A stretch of 64,000 bases of DNA from an uncultured Fibrobacteraceae bacterium (GTDB lineage: Bacteria; Krumholzibacteriota; Krumholzibacteriia; LZORAL124-64-63). The notes beneath the pieces were generated by a model. That model was not told the origin of the DNA and ran no database searches. It saw nothing but the letters and a program-made list of their open reading frames with translations. Both the position numbers and the translations under genes were made by a program. This document shows, piece after piece, positions 17,140 through 26,800 of the stretch (position 1 is the stretch's first letter; the number at the start of each line of letters is the position of its first letter). Location: NCBI GenBank assembly GCA_964420395.1, contig CAYQTJ010000004.1, positions 2,506 through 66,505 on the forward strand. Reading direction: 5' to 3'.

Positions 17140-18470
17140 ACGGCTGGCGACGTCGGGGGGCGGGACTGGCGGCCGGGGGGGCGGCGCTGCTGCTGGGCGT
17201 GGCCGGCCTGCTGCTGGACGGCCCCCGGGGCCTGGTGGACTGGCGCGCCGCGCGCGTGGTGGTCCTCGAGAGCGACGACTGGGGCCTGAGCGGCTTCTTC
17301 CCGGAGAGCGCGCCGGCCGCCCCGGCGCGGGCCCTGCTCGGCGGGGGCTTCCCGGCCCCCTATTGGGACTCGACGCTCGAGGACAGCCTCGATGTGGCGT
17401 CCCTGGCCGCGCTCCTGGCGAGGCACGTCGGGCGGGACGGCCTGCCGCCGGTCCTGCAGGCGAACATGATCGTCTCCGCCCTGGAGCCTGAGCGGGCGGA
17501 GGGGGACGCCGCCGCGCCGCTCGCCTGGCGGCGGATCGACCTGCCCGACCTGCCGCGCGGCTACCCGCGCCCCGGCCTGGCCGCGGCGGTGGACGCGGCG
17601 ATCGCCGCGGGGGTCTGGCGGCCCGAGTTCCACGGCGCCTTCCACTACGATCCCGCCCGCCGCCGCGCGGCGCTGGAGTCGCGTCCCGATCTGCGCCCGT
17701 TGCTCGAGGAGACGGTGCTGTTTCCCGGCAGCGACACGGCGTGGGAATTGGGGGCCTGGCGGGCCACCGGGGAGTTGCGGGCGGAACTGGCCGCGGCCGT
17801 GGCGGTCTTCACGGCCCGCTTCGGCCACCGCCCGGTGTCGATCTGCGCGCCCGACTACGTCTGGGATCCCCGTTGCGAGGGGCTGTGGGCGGAGCAGGGG
17901 CTGACGGTGATCCAGGCCAAGCGCGAGCAGCGCGACTCCCGCCGGCCGGGGGGCGGGCCGGCGGCGCGGTTGCGCAAGGTGCTCGGGCGTGCCTGGGATC
18001 GCTGGCGCCACCCGGAGCGGCTCTACCTCGACCGCAATTGCCGGTTCGAGCCGGCGCAGGCGGCCGACAGCGCGGCCGCCGTGGCGGGCTGTGTCGCCGC
18101 GGTCCGGCGGGCCTGGGCTCGCGGCGAGCCGGCCGTCATCGAGACCCACCGCGTGAACTTCGTCAGCCTCGCCCCCGGGGCCGCCGCGCGGGGGCGGCGC
18201 CAACTCGACCTCCTGCTGGCTGCCCTGGCGGCCGAGCCGGGGGGAGGGCCCCTCTATCTGACCGATGCCGAACTGGCCCAATTGGCGCGGGGAGGCACCT
18301 GCCTGGCGTGGCGCGGCGACCGCGTCGTGCTCCGCAACCTGACCCGCGGGACCCGCGTGGCGACGATTCCCGGCCCGGCGGGCGGGGCGGACTCGCTGCT
18401 GGCGATCGCCCCCGGGACCACGCTCGTCCGGCGGGCCGCGGGGGGCCATTTGCGGGCGCCCCGACGGTGA
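17136..18470 (+). CDS. Hypothetical protein with an N-terminal membrane anchor, in the glycan cluster (possibly a deacetylase/glycoside-hydrolase-like fold; not established)
   Basis: GTG 17136 overlaps the methyltransferase stop (GTGA). It is the C-terminal 444 aa of track ORF 16548..18470. The sequence is non-repetitive. Confidence 0.5.
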   Translation: MNGWRRRGAGLAAGGAALLLGVAGLLLDGPRGLVDWRAARVVVLESDDWGLSGFFPESAPAAPARALLGGGFPAPYWDSTLEDSLDVASLAALLARHVGRDGLPPVLQANMIVSALEPERAEGDAAAPLAWRRIDLPDLPRGYPRPGLAAAVDAAIAAGVWRPEFHGAFHYDPARRRAALESRPDLRPLLEETVLFPGSDTAWELGAWRATGELRAELAAAVAVFTARFGHRPVSICAPDYVWDPRCEGLWAEQGLTVIQAKREQRDSRRPGGGPAARLRKVLGRAWDRWRHPERLYLDRNCRFEPAQAADSAAAVAGCVAAVRRAWARGEPAVIETHRVNFVSLAPGAAARGRRQLDLLLAALAAEPGGGPLYLTDAELAQLARGGTCLAWRGDRVVLRNLTRGTRVATIPGPAGGADSLLAIAPGTTLVRRAAGGHLRAPRR

Positions 18471-18474
18471 GGAA

Positions 18475-18504
18475 TTGACCCGCCGTCCCTGCTTGTGATA
18501 TCCT
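18475..18504 (+). promoter_or_regulatory. sigma70-like promoter (TTGACC-18 nt-TATCCT, with TG two nt upstream of the -10) for the first C25 gene
   Basis: Read directly, 5 nt after the upstream stop. It implies a leader of about 245 nt before ATG 18754. Confidence 0.4.
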
Positions 18505-18753
18505 AATAACCAGATCCGGATTCTGGGGAATCTCACCCGCTTTCCTCGGGACCCGGGCCTGCGCCAGTCAAGACAGCGGGCGCGCCGGGCGCGCCGATGA
18601 GACAGCAACCAGCGCTGGACCGGCGGGCTGGTGCCCCGGCCCATTCGCCATCCCGATCGCGCGGCATGCAGGATCCACGTCGTCTCCGGCCGGGCCGGAG
18701 GCAGCTCCCCTGCCGTAGCCCTATCGCCCACCCCCGTCGTTCGGAGGCCGCGG

Positions 18754-21700
18754 ATGAGATTGCGCCCCGCTCTCCTGGCCCTGTTCCTCTGGGTGATGCC
18801 GGCCCTCACCATCACGCTCTGTTCGAGCCCGCGGGAGGCGTGCGGCGCCGTCTCCGGTAGCGGCGCTCAGCTGCGCCAGGAGGTCACGTTCCCCCTTTCC
18901 CGCTCCGGATGGCCGGTGGCGGGGGAGGTCGGCGCCGCGCTGCTCACCGACGAACCGGGCGATCCGCGGGTGCCTTACCACGACGTCGTGCTGCTGCTCC
19001 CGCCGGGGCGGCGGGTCGCGGAGGCACGCTTCGCTCCTCGCGATCCGAGCGAGCGGGAACTGCCGGCGGCGGTGGTCACCGCGGCCCCGGCGCGGGTTTC
19101 CGCCGGGGGCGAGGTGGCCTGGGACCGGCTGCCGGCCGACGGGCCGGCGTATCCGCCGGCCTGGGGGGAACTGCTGGGCGAGACGGTCTGGCACGGCTAC
19201 CGCCTGGCCCACGTACGGCTCTACCCCTGGCAACTGACGCGGGGGGGCACGGGGACGTGGGACGGCGCACGCGCCGCAGCGGGGATGACGATCGAACTGG
19301 CGCTGGCTCCCGTGGCGGACGGCGGCGGTCGCCGGCGCCCGGCGCCGGAGCCGGACGCCGCGCTCAGGGCGCGGCTGCGGGGGCTGGTGGCGAATCCGGA
19401 CGCCGTCGCCGCCTACCCGCTGCCGGGCGTGGCGGCGGCGCGGGATGGCGCCGGCTTCTCGCCGACCTGGGCGCCGAGCCTGCTGGGCGACGATGTGGCC
19501 TACGTGATCATCACGAGCGCCGCGCTCGCGGCGGAGTTCCAGCGCCTGGCCGATTACAAGACCGCGCGGGGCGTCCCGACGGTCGTGCGCACGATCGAGG
19601 CGATCGTCGCCGCGGCGCCGGCCGGGATCGATCTGCCGGCGCAGATCCGCGCCTATTGCGCCGAGGCATACCGCGACTGGGGGACGACGGCTGTCCTGCT
19701 GGGCGGCGACACGCAGATCGTGCCGACGCGACGGATCCTCAACACGCTATATCCCGCGGGCGAGGGGACCGAGATGCCCGTGGACCTCTACTTCGCCTGC
19801 CTGGACGGGGACTGGAACGCCGACCACGACGAGAAGCTCGGCGAAGCCTACATGAATCCCTACGATTCGGGTGACTGGGCCGATCTGGCGGCCGAACTGG
19901 CGGTCGGGCGGGCGCCGGTCGCCACGGCGGCGGAGGCCGCCGTGTTCGTGGACAAGGTCATGGCCTACGAGGGGGGAACCGTCGCCGCGCCGGCTGGCCG
20001 CGCCCTCTTCCTGAGCGAAGTGCTCTTCCCGAGCGCCTGGACCGTCGGCACCCCCATCACCGACGACGGCGCGACGTACAGCGAGGCGATCATCAACGAA
20101 GTCATGGCGGAGTCGCCCATGCCCCCGGCGGCGACGCGGATGTACGAGGCGACCGCGCTCTGGCCCGGCTCGGTCCCCGAGCGGCGCCTCGCGGTGATCG
20201 ACTCGCTCAACACCGGGCACTTCGGGCTGGTCAACCACATCGGCCACGGTTTCTTCTACAACCTGTCCGTGGGCGATGCGACGCTCGATCTGAAGGATGC
20301 CGCCGGGGTCCACAACGACCCGAGCTACTTCATCCTGAACAGCCTCAACTGCTCCTCGTCCGCCTTCGACTACAACAGCATCCTCGAGCGGCTGGTGCTG
20401 AATCCGGGAGGCGGCGCCGTGGCCACGATCGGCTCGGCGCGCGCCGCCTTCCCGACCACCGCCAGCCAGTACCAGCGGGAGTTCTACGCCGCGCTGTTCC
20501 GCGACGGGATCCGGGAGGTGGGCGCAGCGGTGGCGGCCTGCCGCCTGCCTTTCCAGGGGCTGACCGCCGGGAACACGCCGGAGCGCTGGACGCACATGAC
20601 CCTGACGCTGCTCGGCGATCCGACGCTGGCGGTCTGGACCGCGCCGCCGGTGCCTCTCGTGGTCAGCGCGCCGGACACCCTGCCGCTCGGCGGGCAGGAG
20701 GTCGTCGTGAAGGTGACCCGCGGCGGGCTGGCCGTGGCGGGGGCCATGGTCTGCCTGCTCAAGACGGGCGAGTGCTACGCGCGCGGCTACACCGATGCGG
20801 GCGGGGAGGCCCGCCTGCCGGTCGTGGTGAAGTCGGCGGGGGCCGTCGCGCTGAGCGTGACGGCGGCCGACTCGCGCCCCGCGACGCGGACCCTGCCGGT
20901 GAGCGTCGCGCCGAGCCCGTACCTGAAGGTGACCTCGGTCCAGTTCCGGGATGACGGCACGCTCGGCTCGGTCGGCAACGGCGACGGCCTGCCGGATGCC
21001 GGCGAAACGGTGGCGTTGCTGCCGACCTTCACGAACAGCGGGACGGTCCTGGCCACCGGCGCGGTCTCGATGTCGGCATGGACCCTGACCCCGGGGGCGA
21101 CGCTGCTGTCGACCGCGACCGCCGTGCCGCCGCTGGCGCCCGGCGCGTCCGCGGTCGGCGGGAGCCCGCTGCTGCTGCGTCTCGAGGCCGGCGTGCCGGA
21201 CGGCACCCTGTTCACGGTGCAACTGGCCGCCATCGACGGCGGGCGGGTCTACTTGGACGAGATCTCCGAGCGGGGACGCGCGCCCGACCTGCGGCCGACG
21301 ATCATGACGTGGAGCGACTCGCCCGGGGGGGACGGCGACGGCGTGATCGAGCCCGACGAGGAGATCGTGCTGCGCGTGACGCTCCTGAATCCAGGCGGCG
21401 GGCGGGCCTCCGGCCTGACGGCCACCGTCGAGCCGGGAATCGGACTGACGGTGGTGGATGGCAGCGGCGCCTGGCCCGACATCGCGCCGGGGGGCGAGGC
21501 GACTCCGTCCGACGCGGTGAGCGTGCGCCCCGCCTCGCCGGTGTCGGCCGCCCGCGGCACGCTGGTCGTGCAGGACGCCTTCGGACACGAGTGGCGCCAG
21601 CGCTTCGACCTCACGCCGCCCGAACGGCCGACGGGAGTGACCGGCACCTCGCCCGCCGGCGGGGAGTGCCTCCTGCTCTGGACGCCGAACCCGGAGGCGG

Positions 21701-23562
21701 ACCTCTACGGGTATCACGTCTACCGGTCGCTGCAGCCGAATTACGGCTACGTGCGGCTCACCGCGGAACCGGTCACGGGCGGGAGCTTCTACCGCGACAC
21801 CGGACTCGCCGCGCTCACCCGGTACTACTATCAGATCGCCGCCGCCGACTCGTCGCGGCTGCTGAGCCGCGTCACCTCGACGCTCGGCGTCAGCACGGTG
21901 CCGTCGGAGCAGACCGGCTTCCCGATCGAGCTGCCCGCGGAGACGTCGAGCCATCCGGTCGTCGGAGACGTCAACGGCGACGGCCGGCTCGACGTGGTGC
22001 TGCCGGCCAATTACATCTACGTGTGGGACGCGGATGGGGTGGAACTGCGGAACGGCGACGGCGACAGCCAGACGCTCGGCCCCTTCAACTCCACGGCCGC
22101 CGACTGGGCGCCGGCCGGTGCCACGCTGGCCAACCTGACCAGCCGTCCGGGGCTGGAGATCATCGCCTCGAATCGCACCGCGCGGCAGATCTTCGTCTAC
22201 CAGGGGGACGGCACGGTGGCCGCGGGCTGGCCGCGCACGATGAGCGACTGGAACTGGGCGACGCCGGTGGCGGGGGATCTCGACGGGGACGGCGACCTGG
22301 AGGTCATCGCGAACACCGTCACGGGGACGCTCTACGTCTGGCACCACGACGGCACGGACTTCTTCGACGGCGACGCCAACCCCGCCACGGTCGGGGTGTT
22401 CCAGGTGCGCGTCAACGAGTGGTACAGCTTCTGCTCGCCGGCGCTCGCCGACCTCGACCAGGACGGGAAGCTGGAGATCATCCTCGGCACCCGCTACAGC
22501 GGCACGACGCCGGACGTGCTGATGGCGCTGCGCAACGACGGCACGAACCTGCCCGGCTTCCCGGTCAGCTTCGGCCTCTACGGCGAGACGCTCTGCAGCC
22601 CGGCCGTGGGCGATCTCGACCTGGACGGGCGGCTGGAGATCGTGGTGGTCACCGAGAACGATCGCCTGCAGGTCATCCGGCACACCGGGCTGTCGATGGC
22701 GCCGTTCCCGATCCTCTTCGTCTCCAACAACAACCCCGACGGGCTGAGCACCCCGTCGCCGGCGCTCGCCGACCTCGACGGCGACGGCTATCCGGAGATC
22801 GTGGCGGTGTCGGTCACCGACGCGCTGACCGCCGCGGTGCACGCGGTCAGGCGGACCGGCGTCAACCTGTCCGGCTGGCCGCGGGCGGTGGGGGGGAATT
22901 CGGAATCGTCGCCGGTGGTGGCGGACATCAGCGGCGACGGGCATCCGGACGTCCTGTTCGGCATCGGCGGCGGGGCCGACAGCAGCCCCAACGCGCTCTA
23001 CGCGTGGCGCCACGACGGCGGCGTGGTGCCGGGATTCCCGCTGCAGCTCAGCGGGCCGATCCGCCCGACCCCCTGCCTGACGGACCTGAACCAGGACGGG
23101 GACATCGACCTCGTCTACGGCGGCTGGGACCTGCAGATGCACGTCTGGGACCTGCCGGCGGCCTGGAATCCCGACCTGGCGTTCTGGCCCACCTTCAAGG
23201 GCAATCCGCTGCGCAGCGGCCTGGCCGGCCAGCTGTGGATCACCGCCGTGCCCGGGGGGGAGGACGGCGCCCCGCCGGCGGCGGTCGCGCTCGAGGGGAA
23301 TCGGCCCAACCCGTTCAATCCGCGCACGCGGATCACCTTCGCCCTGCCCGGCCCCGGCGCGGTCCGGGCCCGGCTGACCATCTACGACCTGCGGGGGCGG
23401 CGCGTGGCGCAGCTGGTGGACGGCTCCCTGCGGCCCGGGCGCCACACCGTCGACTGGTACGGGCGCGACGACGGGGGCGGGGCGGTCGCCAGCGGGGTCT
23501 ATCTCTGCCGGCTGACGGCCGGCGGGGTGGTGACGGAGCGCAAGATGACCCTGGTGCGGTGA
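18754..23562 (+). CDS. Secreted multidomain protein: gingipain-like peptidase C25 domain, Ig/FN3-like modules, DxDxDG (FG-GAP/VCBS-type) repeat region and a FlgD-Ig/T9SS-like C-terminal domain
   Basis: Signal peptide MRLRPALLALFLWVMPALT…. C25-like …LLGGDTQIVPTR…DLYFACLDGDWNAD…, catalytic-type NHIGHGFF and LNSLNCSSSAFD. Seven clear xDxDxDGxxE/D repeats. C-terminus NPFNPRTRITF…LTIYDLRGRRV…SGVYLCRL. Start at ATG 18754 after GGAGG. Confidence 0.85.
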   Translation: MRLRPALLALFLWVMPALTITLCSSPREACGAVSGSGAQLRQEVTFPLSRSGWPVAGEVGAALLTDEPGDPRVPYHDVVLLLPPGRRVAEARFAPRDPSERELPAAVVTAAPARVSAGGEVAWDRLPADGPAYPPAWGELLGETVWHGYRLAHVRLYPWQLTRGGTGTWDGARAAAGMTIELALAPVADGGGRRRPAPEPDAALRARLRGLVANPDAVAAYPLPGVAAARDGAGFSPTWAPSLLGDDVAYVIITSAALAAEFQRLADYKTARGVPTVVRTIEAIVAAAPAGIDLPAQIRAYCAEAYRDWGTTAVLLGGDTQIVPTRRILNTLYPAGEGTEMPVDLYFACLDGDWNADHDEKLGEAYMNPYDSGDWADLAAELAVGRAPVATAAEAAVFVDKVMAYEGGTVAAPAGRALFLSEVLFPSAWTVGTPITDDGATYSEAIINEVMAESPMPPAATRMYEATALWPGSVPERRLAVIDSLNTGHFGLVNHIGHGFFYNLSVGDATLDLKDAAGVHNDPSYFILNSLNCSSSAFDYNSILERLVLNPGGGAVATIGSARAAFPTTASQYQREFYAALFRDGIREVGAAVAACRLPFQGLTAGNTPERWTHMTLTLLGDPTLAVWTAPPVPLVVSAPDTLPLGGQEVVVKVTRGGLAVAGAMVCLLKTGECYARGYTDAGGEARLPVVVKSAGAVALSVTAADSRPATRTLPVSVAPSPYLKVTSVQFRDDGTLGSVGNGDGLPDAGETVALLPTFTNSGTVLATGAVSMSAWTLTPGATLLSTATAVPPLAPGASAVGGSPLLLRLEAGVPDGTLFTVQLAAIDGGRVYLDEISERGRAPDLRPTIMTWSDSPGGDGDGVIEPDEEIVLRVTLLNPGGGRASGLTATVEPGIGLTVVDGSGAWPDIAPGGEATPSDAVSVRPASPVSAARGTLVVQDAFGHEWRQRFDLTPPERPTGVTGTSPAGGECLLLWTPNPEADLYGYHVYRSLQPNYGYVRLTAEPVTGGSFYRDTGLAALTRYYYQIAAADSSRLLSRVTSTLGVSTVPSEQTGFPIELPAETSSHPVVGDVNGDGRLDVVLPANYIYVWDADGVELRNGDGDSQTLGPFNSTAADWAPAGATLANLTSRPGLEIIASNRTARQIFVYQGDGTVAAGWPRTMSDWNWATPVAGDLDGDGDLEVIANTVTGTLYVWHHDGTDFFDGDANPATVGVFQVRVNEWYSFCSPALADLDQDGKLEIILGTRYSGTTPDVLMALRNDGTNLPGFPVSFGLYGETLCSPAVGDLDLDGRLEIVVVTENDRLQVIRHTGLSMAPFPILFVSNNNPDGLSTPSPALADLDGDGYPEIVAVSVTDALTAAVHAVRRTGVNLSGWPRAVGGNSESSPVVADISGDGHPDVLFGIGGGADSSPNALYAWRHDGGVVPGFPLQLSGPIRPTPCLTDLNQDGDIDLVYGGWDLQMHVWDLPAAWNPDLAFWPTFKGNPLRSGLAGQLWITAVPGGEDGAPPAAVALEGNRPNPFNPRTRITFALPGPGAVRARLTIYDLRGRRVAQLVDGSLRPGRHTVDWYGRDDGGGAVASGVYLCRLTAGGVVTERKMTLVR
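21950..23130 (+). other. FG-GAP/VCBS-like calcium-binding repeat region (likely beta-propeller) within the first C25 protein; boundaries approximate
   Basis: Repeats GDVNGDGRLD, GDLDGDGDLE, ADLDQDGKLE, GDLDLDGRLE, ADLDGDGYPE, ADISGDGHPD, TDLNQDGDID at roughly regular spacing. Confidence 0.6.
23299..23559 (+). other. C-terminal FlgD-Ig-like / T9SS-type sorting-domain-like module of the first C25 protein
   Basis: NRPNPFNPRTRITFALPG…ARLTIYDLRGRRVAQLVDG…GRHTVDWYGRDDGG…ASGVYLCRLTAGG…KMTLVR. Confidence 0.6.
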
Positions 23563-23567
23563 GGGAA

Positions 23568-23601
23568 CGGGGCGCGGCCATTGACCGCGCCCCGCTTCTC
23601 T
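23568..23601 (+). terminator. Rho-independent-type terminator after the first C25 gene
   Basis: 10-bp GC stem (CGGGGCGCGG / CCGCGCCCCG), 7-nt loop, then CUUCUCU. The loop and 3' arm contain the -35 hexamer of the next promoter. Confidence 0.5.
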
Positions 23602-23609
23602 GGTAAAAT
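23581..23609 (+). promoter_or_regulatory. Near-consensus sigma70-like promoter (TTGACC-17 nt-TAAAAT) for the second C25 gene
   Basis: Read directly. An AT-rich -10 stands out in a GC-rich background. It implies a leader of about 240 nt before ATG 23854. Confidence 0.55.
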
Positions 23610-23853
23610 GGACGAAGTCACACCGGAGTGGGGCGCCGTCGGCGCCGCCGCTCCGCTACCACCTCCCGGAGGGCTGGACGACCGCACCTGGGTAACGGGC
23701 AGCAGTGGCGGGCCGGCAGGGCCGGCCCCGCATTGGCAGCAGCGTTCACAGTCCCCCGAGGAGGCATCCGTTTCCTCACGCAGAAGTCGATGAAGACACG
23801 TGCTTCTCGCGGCTCCGGCCGCGAGTTACGTCGCTATTGACCGGAGGGTATGC

Positions 23854-26800
23854 ATGGATCGCCATCGCCTGATGAGCCGCATCAGCCTGACCGTCGCGAC
23901 GGCCGCGGCGCTGACCTGGGGGACCGTGGCCCTCGGCGCCGGGGCCCCCGCCGCCTTCTTCGAGGGGAGGATCACCGGCGAGCTCTCGTGGGAAACGAAC
24001 GCCTCCGGGGCGGTGACGCCCCGCCTCGCCGGCGGTCGGGCCTGGGCCGAGACGGATCGGCCCGCGCTGGCGGTGCTCGACCTGCGCCTGCTGGTGCCGC
24101 TGGAGGCGGCGCCGGGCGGCGTCGAGGTGGTGCCCCTGGCGACGCACCGCGTGCGGGTGCCGGGGCGGCTGGCCGTCGGTTCGCCGCTCATCAGCAGCGA
24201 CGGGGTCGCCGTGGTCGCGGCCCGGCTCCCTCTGGACGGGGCGGTCTTTCCGGCGCAGTGGGGCGAATTCGGCGGCACGCAGGTCTGGCGGGGCTTCCGT
24301 CTCGCGTCGGTGCGGGTCTACCCGCTGCGGGCCGTGCGTGACGCGGCGGGCGAGTGGAGCGAACTCGAGGTGCTCGACAGCTACGCCATCCGGTTCCTGC
24401 CGGGCGGCGGCAAGCTCGCGGCGGGGGACGCCGCGGAGATCGCCGTGCGCGAACGTCGGGTGCCGGGCGAGCGGGCGCGCGCCGAGGCGGCGCTGGCCGG
24501 CCTGATCGCGAACCCCGGAGGGCTGTCCGGCTACGCGCGCGCCGACGGTGCGGTCGTGGCGGAGCCGGCGGGGGGCTTCGCGCCGAGCCAGACCCCCAGC
24601 CTGGAGGGGAGCCCGGTCCGTTACCTGATCATCACCCGGGAGGCGCTGGCCCCGGCCTTCCAGCGCCTGGCCGATCATCGCACCGCCCTGGGGGACCCTG
24701 CGGTCGTGCAGACGGTGGAGTGGATCGAGGCCAACTACCGCCACGGCGCGGATGTCCAGGAGACGATCCGGCTCTTCATCCGCGAGGCCTATCAGCGCTG
24801 GGGTGTGGAGTACGTCCTGCTCGGCGGCGACACCGACGTGGTCCCGGCCCGCTACATCCACAGCGAGTACTATCCCCCCTCGTCCAGCACCGACGTGCCG
24901 ACCGACCTCTATTTCGGGTGCCTGGACGGGAACTGGAACGCCGATGCCGACGATCTCTTCGGCGAGCACTACGCCAGCTATCTGAATCCCGGCGACAACG
25001 CCGATCTCGCCGACGAGGTGCGGGTGGGGCGCGCCCCGGTCAGCACCGTGAACGCGGTGAACGCGTTCATCGACAAGGTCATCGGCTACGAGCAGCAGGT
25101 GGCGGGGACGGGCTGGCCCAACCGGATGCTGTTCGCCGCGGAGGTGCTGTTCCCGGCCGACTACACCGCGGGGGCGACGATCACCCTCGACGGCGCGAGC
25201 TTCGCCGAGCAGTTGAACAACACCGCGCTCACCCCCTGCACCGGGATGACGCCGACGCGGCTTTACGAGTCGTATCCGCTCTGGCCCGGCTCGACGCGCC
25301 TCTCGCGCGCGGCGTTCACGGACTCCGTCAATACCGGTCACTTCGGCATCGTGAACCAGATCGGTCACGGCTTCTTCGTCAACATGTCGCTGGGCGACGC
25401 CAATTTCACCGTCGCCGACGCCGACGGATTGCACAACACGGGGCGCCCGTTCCTGCTCTATGCCCTCAACTGCGCCTCCGCGGCGTTCGACTACGCCTGT
25501 CTGATGGAGCGCTTCGTGCAGAATCCCAACGGCGGCGCGGTCGCGGCGATCGGCGCGGCCCGGGCCGCGTTCCCGTATACGGCGAACGACTATCAGATTG
25601 AGTTCTTCCGGCTGCTGTTCTGCAACGGCATCCACCGGCTGGGCGACCTGATGAGCCTCAGCCGCCTCCCGCAGCTGGCAGACACCTACTACAACACGGC
25701 CGACCGCTGGACCTTCCTGAACTACACGCTGCTCGGCGACCCCGGCCTGGCGGTGTGGACCGGTGCTCCGCGGCCGGCGAGCGTGGCGGCTCCCGCCTCC
25801 CTCACGGCCGGCGCCCAGTCGGTGACGGTGACCGTGACGGCCGACGGCCTGCCGGTCGAGGGGGCGCTCGTCTGCCTGAGCAAGGAGGGCGACGACTACG
25901 CCTCGGACTTCACGGATGCCGCGGGCCAGGTCTCCCTCGCCTACACCCCGGTCAGCGCCGGCGCGGCCAGCCTGGTCGTAAGCGGAGCGGGGCTGGCCCG
26001 CGAGGCGCGCGATCTGCCGGTGACGGTCCCCGGCGCGTACATCGCGCTCGACGCGGTGACGATCACCGATGACGGCTCCGCCGGCAGCAGCGGCAACGGG
26101 GACGGGCGCTTCGACGCCGGCGAGACGGTGGCGGTGGTCACCCAGTATCGCGACACCGGCACGGGGGGGGCGCTGAACTGCCTCGCCACTCTCAGCGGGG
26201 GGGCGGCCGGCCTGACCATCCTGGACGGCACGGCCAGCGTCGGCAACGTGCCGTCGGGCAGCGTCAAGGCGGCCACGGAGCCGTTCCTGGTGCGTGCCGA
26301 CGCCGCCCTGCCCGACGGTCTGCACGTGGCGTTCTCGGTCACGGTGACCGCGCAGGCCGGGGGGCCGTTCGCCAGCGAGTGGAATCCGGTCGTGCTGGCG
26401 CCGGAGCTGGCGCCGATCGCGCTGACCTGGTCGGACCTGGTCTACGGCAACGGGGACGGCGTGCAGCAGAACGGCGAGCGGATCACCGTGGCGGTGAAGC
26501 TCAAGAACTACGGCGACGGGCTGGCCGGGGCGATCACCGGGCGGCTGCGCAGCATGGACCCGGGCGTGGTCCTGCGCGACACCGTCGCGTCCTACGGCAC
26601 GCTGGCGCTGCTGCAGGAAGGGACCGGATCGGTGCCGTTCTCGCTGTCGGAGACGGACGTCAGCGTCGACCACCCCTGCTGGATCCTCTTCAGCGATCCG
26701 CAGGGGCGCACGGTGCGGCACGACTTCGTACTGAACGCGCCGGCGGCGCCGGCGGCGCCGGCGACCAGCGGCACGCTCGGGCCCGACGTCATCGGCCTGA

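Noticed and set aside
18578-18595. Tandem GGGCGCGCC x2, considered as a repeat element or CRISPR-like seed
   Set aside because: There are only two 9-nt copies and no spacer architecture. It is more simply part of leader secondary structure.
19747-23445. 1,232-aa minus-strand ORF antisense to the first C25 gene
   Set aside because: Same reasoning: a GC-shadow ORF with poly-R/P/G composition and no start context.
23581-23840. Small ORFs in the leader (23581..23793, 23628..23840; 70 aa each)
   Set aside because: One would start inside the -35 hexamer. Both lack an RBS and have shadow-like composition.
23610-23853. Possibility that the inter-paralog region encodes a known small RNA (SRP/4.5S, 6S) or known riboswitch
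   Set aside because: By eye there is no match to the conserved SRP domain IV motif, the 6S architecture, or c-di-GMP/other riboswitch cores I can recall. It is retained only as an unclassified structured leader.
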